A program made the position numbers and the translations under genes. A stretch of DNA of 31,107 bases. It comes from a virus (Duplodnaviria > Heunggongvirae > Uroviricota > Caudoviricetes). The DNA lies in the IMG/VR virus record IMGVR_UViG_2602041644_000001; one strand, 5' to 3'. The notes beneath the pieces are model-generated. The model was given only the letters and a program-made list of their open reading frames with translations, was not told the DNA's origin and ran no database searches. Below are positions 28,083 to 31,107 of the stretch, piece by piece; within the stretch, counting starts at the first letter, position 1; each line of letters begins with the position of its first letter.

Positions 28083-28494
28083 GCCATTCAATATCTGGCG
28101 CACCGGAAGTATCGACCAGTTCCAGTGTGTCCAGATAATCCAGCCACAAATTATATTGCGCCAGTTCCTCACCTTTCAGGCGACCAATCGCCGCTTTACC
28201 AGGCCATTGCTTACTGTTTATGTATTCGTTGACCTGATTAATCAATTGCTGCTTTTCCAGTTCGGCTGCGGCAATTTGTTCCTCATGAGTTGGCGGTGGA
28301 ATATCAATCCATGCAGGCATTCCGTCGATGACACCTCTGTATTTTCCTTCTGGTGCTTCCTTCATAAATTCGGCGGCAACAGTGTCGTCAATTTCGATTC
28401 CATCATCGGGCCATTCGCCGGATTCCTGATAAGCGATTTTAAGCTCCACAGGGAAAAACGCATTTTTATCGGCACTGAAAATATATTTCTGCAT
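28054..28494 (-). CDS. Alternative tail fibre assembly protein (Tfa') for the silent cassette
   Basis: 146 aa on the minus strand with the matching C-terminus (…DTSGAPDIEWPTPPAVQAR). Convergent with and overlapping the plus-strand tfa by 29 bp. Confidence 0.8.
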   Translation of the reverse strand: MQKYIFSADKNAFFPVELKIAYQESGEWPDDGIEIDDTVAAEFMKEAPEGKYRGVIDGMPAWIDIPPPTHEEQIAAAELEKQQLINQVNEYINSKQWPGKAAIGRLKGEELAQYNLWLDYLDTLELVDTSGAPDIEWPTPPAVQAR

Positions 28495-28496
28495 TT

Positions 28497-28855
28497 CTAC
28501 CGTCCTATCGAAATATAACTGAATCTGTATTGCTGTGAGATATCACTGGTTGCCACACGCCACGCTGAATTACTGATATGTTCAAAATTTACAGACAAAA
28601 CCTGCAGGGCAGGATTCGACGGGTCTGACTGAACGGCATCAGACATAACACTGACTGAAACCATCGGCTGATTAGGGAATGGTATAGGGAAGTGTCCACT
28701 GATAAAGCGGGTCGTGTTTCCTGAAAAAGTGCCAAACTGAACAATATATCCACCTGGTAGCCTGAACCATCCCGAACCAGAAGCGAATGCTCCCATATCC
28801 GGTATCTGATTATCTCCTGTGCCCACATCCCTTTTCGCCGCTTCTCCCAAACCAA
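28497..28855 (-). CDS. Silent alternative tail-fibre C-terminal cassette (promoterless until inversion)
   Basis: Minus-strand frame reads GLGEAAKRD… from the crossover site, the same GLGE junction as the plus-strand fibre. Confidence 0.7.
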
Positions 28856-28867
28856 CATTTATGAAAA
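28841..28867. repeat. Right inversion crossover site (gix/pix-like)
   Basis: CTTCTCCCAAACCAACATTTATGAAAA. The first 15 nt are the inverted repeat of 27023-27037. Located just upstream of pin. Confidence 0.65.
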
Positions 28868-28921
28868 TGCAGAAATAACGAGCAAATGGCATCATTCCTG
28901 CTTTTGCTAGGGAGATCTACC

Positions 28922-29476
28922 ATGCTTATTGGCTATGTACGTGTGTCAACAAATGACCAGAACACAGATCTACAACGTAATGCGCTGAACTGTGCAGGAT
29001 GCGAGCTGATTTTTGAAGACAAGATAAGCGGTACAAAGTCCGAAAGGCCGGGACTGAAAAAACTGCTCAGGACATTATCGGCAGGTGACACTCTGGTTGT
29101 CTGGAAGCTGGATCGGCTGGGGCGCAGTATGCGGCATCTGGTCATTCTGGTTGAGGAGTTGCGCGAACGTGGCGTTAATTTTCGCAGCCTGACGGATGCT
29201 ATTGATACCAGCACACCGATGGGGCGTTTTTTCTTTCATGTGATGGGTGCCCTGGCTGAAATGGAACGAGAACTGATTGTTGAACGAACAAAAGCTGGAC
29301 TGGAAGCTGCTCGCGCACAGGGACGAATTGGGGGACGTCGTCCCAAACTTACACTAGAACAATGGGCGCAGGCCGGGCGATTAATTGCATCAGGCATTCC
29401 TCGCCAGAAGGTGGCGATTATCTATGATGTTGGTGTGTCAACTTTGTATAAGAGGTTTCCTGCAGGGGATAAATAA
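28922..29476 (+). CDS. pin: Serine DNA invertase (Pin/Gin/Hin family)
   Basis: MLIGYVRVSTNDQ catalytic N-terminus and C-terminal HTH. 184 aa like e14 PinE. ATG 28922 after GGGAGA. Confidence 0.95.
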   Translation: MLIGYVRVSTNDQNTDLQRNALNCAGCELIFEDKISGTKSERPGLKKLLRTLSAGDTLVVWKLDRLGRSMRHLVILVEELRERGVNFRSLTDAIDTSTPMGRFFFHVMGALAEMERELIVERTKAGLEAARAQGRIGGRRPKLTLEQWAQAGRLIASGIPRQKVAIIYDVGVSTLYKRFPAGDK

Positions 29477-29577
29477 AGTTAAAGACACTTTGTGTACAAA
29501 ATAAAACAACAGCAACTTGTTGCAATTTTATCAATAAAAGTAGTATTGTCGTAAAAAATTGATTAAAGATTAATGCT

Positions 29578-30411
29578 ATGCATGTTTTTGATAATAATGG
29601 AATTGAACTAAAAGCTGAGTGTTCGATAGGTGAAGAGGATGGCGTTTATGGTCTAATCCTTGAGTCGTGGGGGCCGGGTGACAGAAACAAAGATTACAAT
29701 ATCGCTCTTGATTATATCATTGAACGGTTGGTTGATTCTGGTGTATCCCAAATCGTAGTATATCTGGCGTCATCATCAGTCAGAAAACATATGCATTCTT
29801 TGGATGAAAGAAAAATCCATCCTGGTGAATATTTTACTTTGATTGGTAATAGCCCCCGCGATATACGCTTGAAGATGTGTGGTTATCAGGCTTATTTTAG
29901 TCGTACGGGGAGAAAGGAAATTCCTTCCGGCAATAGAACGAAACGAATATTGATAAATGTTCCAGGTATTTATAGTGACAGTTTTTGGGCGTCTATAATA
30001 CGTGGAGATCTATCAGAGCTTTCACAGCCTACAGATGATGAATCGCTTCTGAATATGAGGGTTAGTAAATTAATTAAGAAAACGTTGAGTCAACCCGAGG
30101 GCTCCAGAAAACCAGTTGAGGTAGAAAGACTACAAAAAGTTTATCTCCGAGACCCGATGGTAAAAGCTTGGATTTTACAGCAAAGTAAAGGTATATGTGA
30201 AAACTGTGGTAAAAATGCTCCGTTTTATTTAAATGATGGAAGCCCATACTTGGAAGTGCATCATGTAATTCCCCTGTCTTCAGGTGGTGCTGATACAACA
30301 GATAACTGTGTTGCCCTTTGTCCGAATTGCCATAGAGAATTGCACTATAGTAAAAATGCAAAAGAACTAATCGAGATGCTTTACGTTAATATAAACCGAT
30401 TACAGAAATAA
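29578..30411 (+). CDS. mcrA: McrA-type modified-cytosine restriction endonuclease (HNH)
   Basis: 277 aa. C-terminal HNH motif (HHVIPLSSGGADTTDNCVALCPNCHRELH) with CxxC pairs. Sequence and position after pin match e14 McrA as recalled. AT-rich gene. Confidence 0.85.
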   Translation: MHVFDNNGIELKAECSIGEEDGVYGLILESWGPGDRNKDYNIALDYIIERLVDSGVSQIVVYLASSSVRKHMHSLDERKIHPGEYFTLIGNSPRDIRLKMCGYQAYFSRTGRKEIPSGNRTKRILINVPGIYSDSFWASIIRGDLSELSQPTDDESLLNMRVSKLIKKTLSQPEGSRKPVEVERLQKVYLRDPMVKAWILQQSKGICENCGKNAPFYLNDGSPYLEVHHVIPLSSGGADTTDNCVALCPNCHRELHYSKNAKELIEMLYVNINRLQK

Positions 30412-30644
30412 AATTGTTTATTAAAGTCACATTTAAGACGTAATACCTTACAGGGTAAAAATTTTCTCTGATCTTAACTTCTGCAAATGTTAACTGCTTT
30501 TTTTATGCTAAAAATGGTTATCAAAACTCAAAAACACATGTTGATAATCAATGAGTTATGGAAATGCTAAGAGCTAATGAGTTATATGCAAATTAGTAAA
30601 ATTATGTTGCTATGTCAAATAGTTACGATTTAATCATCTAACTA

Positions 30645-30809
30645 ATGCTGCGCCATATGGGCTGGACTGAAGCCGCAGACCTGATTGTTAAAGGTATGGA
30701 AGGCGCAATCAACGCCAAGACTGTAACCTATGACTTCGAGCGTCTGATGGATGGCGCTAAACTGCTGAAATGTTCAGAGTTTGGTGATGCGATCATCAAG
30801 AACATGTAA
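30645..30809 (+). pseudogene. icd: Displaced 3' fragment of isocitrate dehydrogenase gene (icdC-like), marking attR
   Basis: Encodes [54 protein letters not shown], the Icd C-terminus, with no upstream icd sequence. Confidence 0.9.
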
Positions 30810-30831
30810 TCTCTACATGTGTTAAATATTG

Positions 30832-30862
30832 AAACGGGCGTGTTATACGCCCGTTGTTTTTG
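30832..30862 (+). terminator. Intrinsic terminator downstream of the icd fragment
   Basis: Hairpin ACGGGCG-TGTTATA-CGCCCGT followed by TGTTTTTGTG. Confidence 0.7.
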
Positions 30863-30865
30863 TGC

Positions 30866-31107
30866 ACAGAAAACCCCCAGCTAGGCTGGGGGTTCCGGAA
30901 AGCTTTCAGCTTTAAGCCAGTTATTAAAACCCCTTTTGATTTGTTAAAACACCTTGCGGTCTGGCAACTGCAAGTGTCAAACAAGAAATCAAAAGGGGGT
31001 CCCAATGGGGAACGAAAAGAGCTTAGCGCACACCCGATGGAACTGTAAATATCACATAGTTTTTGCGCCAAAATACCGAAGACAGGTGTTCTACAGAGAG
31101 AAGCGTA
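30866..31107 (+). mobile_element. IS200-family insertion sequence, left end (partial, continues beyond window)
   Basis: Perfect hairpin CCCCCAGC-TA-GCTGGGGG (30874-30892), a second structured leader, and the tnpA start. Exact left boundary not determined. Confidence 0.7.
31005..31107 (+). CDS. tnpA: IS200 transposase TnpA (Y1 HUH), N-terminal 34 codons only
   Basis: MGNEKSLAHTRWNCKYHIVFAPKYRRQVFYREKR matches the conserved IS200 TnpA N-terminus. Open to the window end. Confidence 0.85.
   Translation, partial: MGNEKSLAHTRWNCKYHIVFAPKYRRQVFYREKR

Larger units (their letters stand above)
27011..28867. other. Pin-invertible tail-fibre segment (Mu G / e14 P-segment type)
   Basis: Flanked by inverted crossover sites. 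Contains two opposed fibre C-terminal cassettes and two convergent tfa genes, with pin immediately downstream. Confidence 0.7.
1..30644 (+). mobile_element. Prophage, e14/SfV-like (HK97-like head, Mu-like tail), right-hand portion; left end lies outside the window
   Basis: Uninterrupted phage gene order from replication through tail fibres, pin and mcrA, ending at a displaced icd 3' fragment at 30645. Right boundary is approximate. Confidence 0.85.

Noticed and set aside
28856-28895. ATG at 28895 as the start of an independent minus-strand 132-aa gene
   Set aside because: The frame is the silent fibre C-terminal cassette that is only expressed after inversion fuses it to the constant fibre N-terminus at the GLGE junction. 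The upstream Met codons are incidental and lack a promoter context.
28886-28921. Upstream ATG for the invertase (MASFLLLLGRST-MLIGYV…)
   Set aside because: Pin/Gin/Hin invertases start at the conserved M-L-I-G-Y-V-R-V-S motif. The extension overlaps the recombination site region and is not conserved.
30645-30809. Treating the icd-homologous segment as an intact small gene
   Set aside because: It corresponds only to the last 54 codons of isocitrate dehydrogenase, with an AT-rich prophage arm upstream instead of icd sequence. It is the displaced 3' fragment created by prophage integration.

Overview
The window is almost entirely the right-hand ~30.6 kb of an apparently intact temperate prophage of the e14/SfV type, integrated at the 3' end of the host icd gene, with the chromosomal junction and the start of an IS200-family element at the far right. 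All phage genes except two fibre cassettes inside an invertible segment are on the + strand. Left to right: a replication initiator with in-gene iteron-like repeats; a nin-like region (PerC-like regulator, Dam-type methyltransferase, LexA-type DNA-binding protein, RusA, KilA-N, DUF968, Q-like antiterminator with a late promoter and terminator); an AT-rich cargo island (GNAT-like protein and a small ORF); a methylase remnant; a lambda-like lysis cassette (holin, R lysozyme, Rz/Rz1); a second AT-rich cargo gene with its own terminator; an HNH endonuclease and an HK97-like packaging and head module; a Mu-like contractile tail and baseplate module; a Pin-invertible tail-fibre segment; pin and mcrA; the displaced icd 3' fragment; and an IS200 left end. 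The best candidates for undescribed function are the two AT-rich cargo islands at 5.65-6.87 kb and 8.64-9.39 kb. All calls come from reading the sequence and translations and from recall of protein families; no database search was run, so family assignments are recollections rather than hits.
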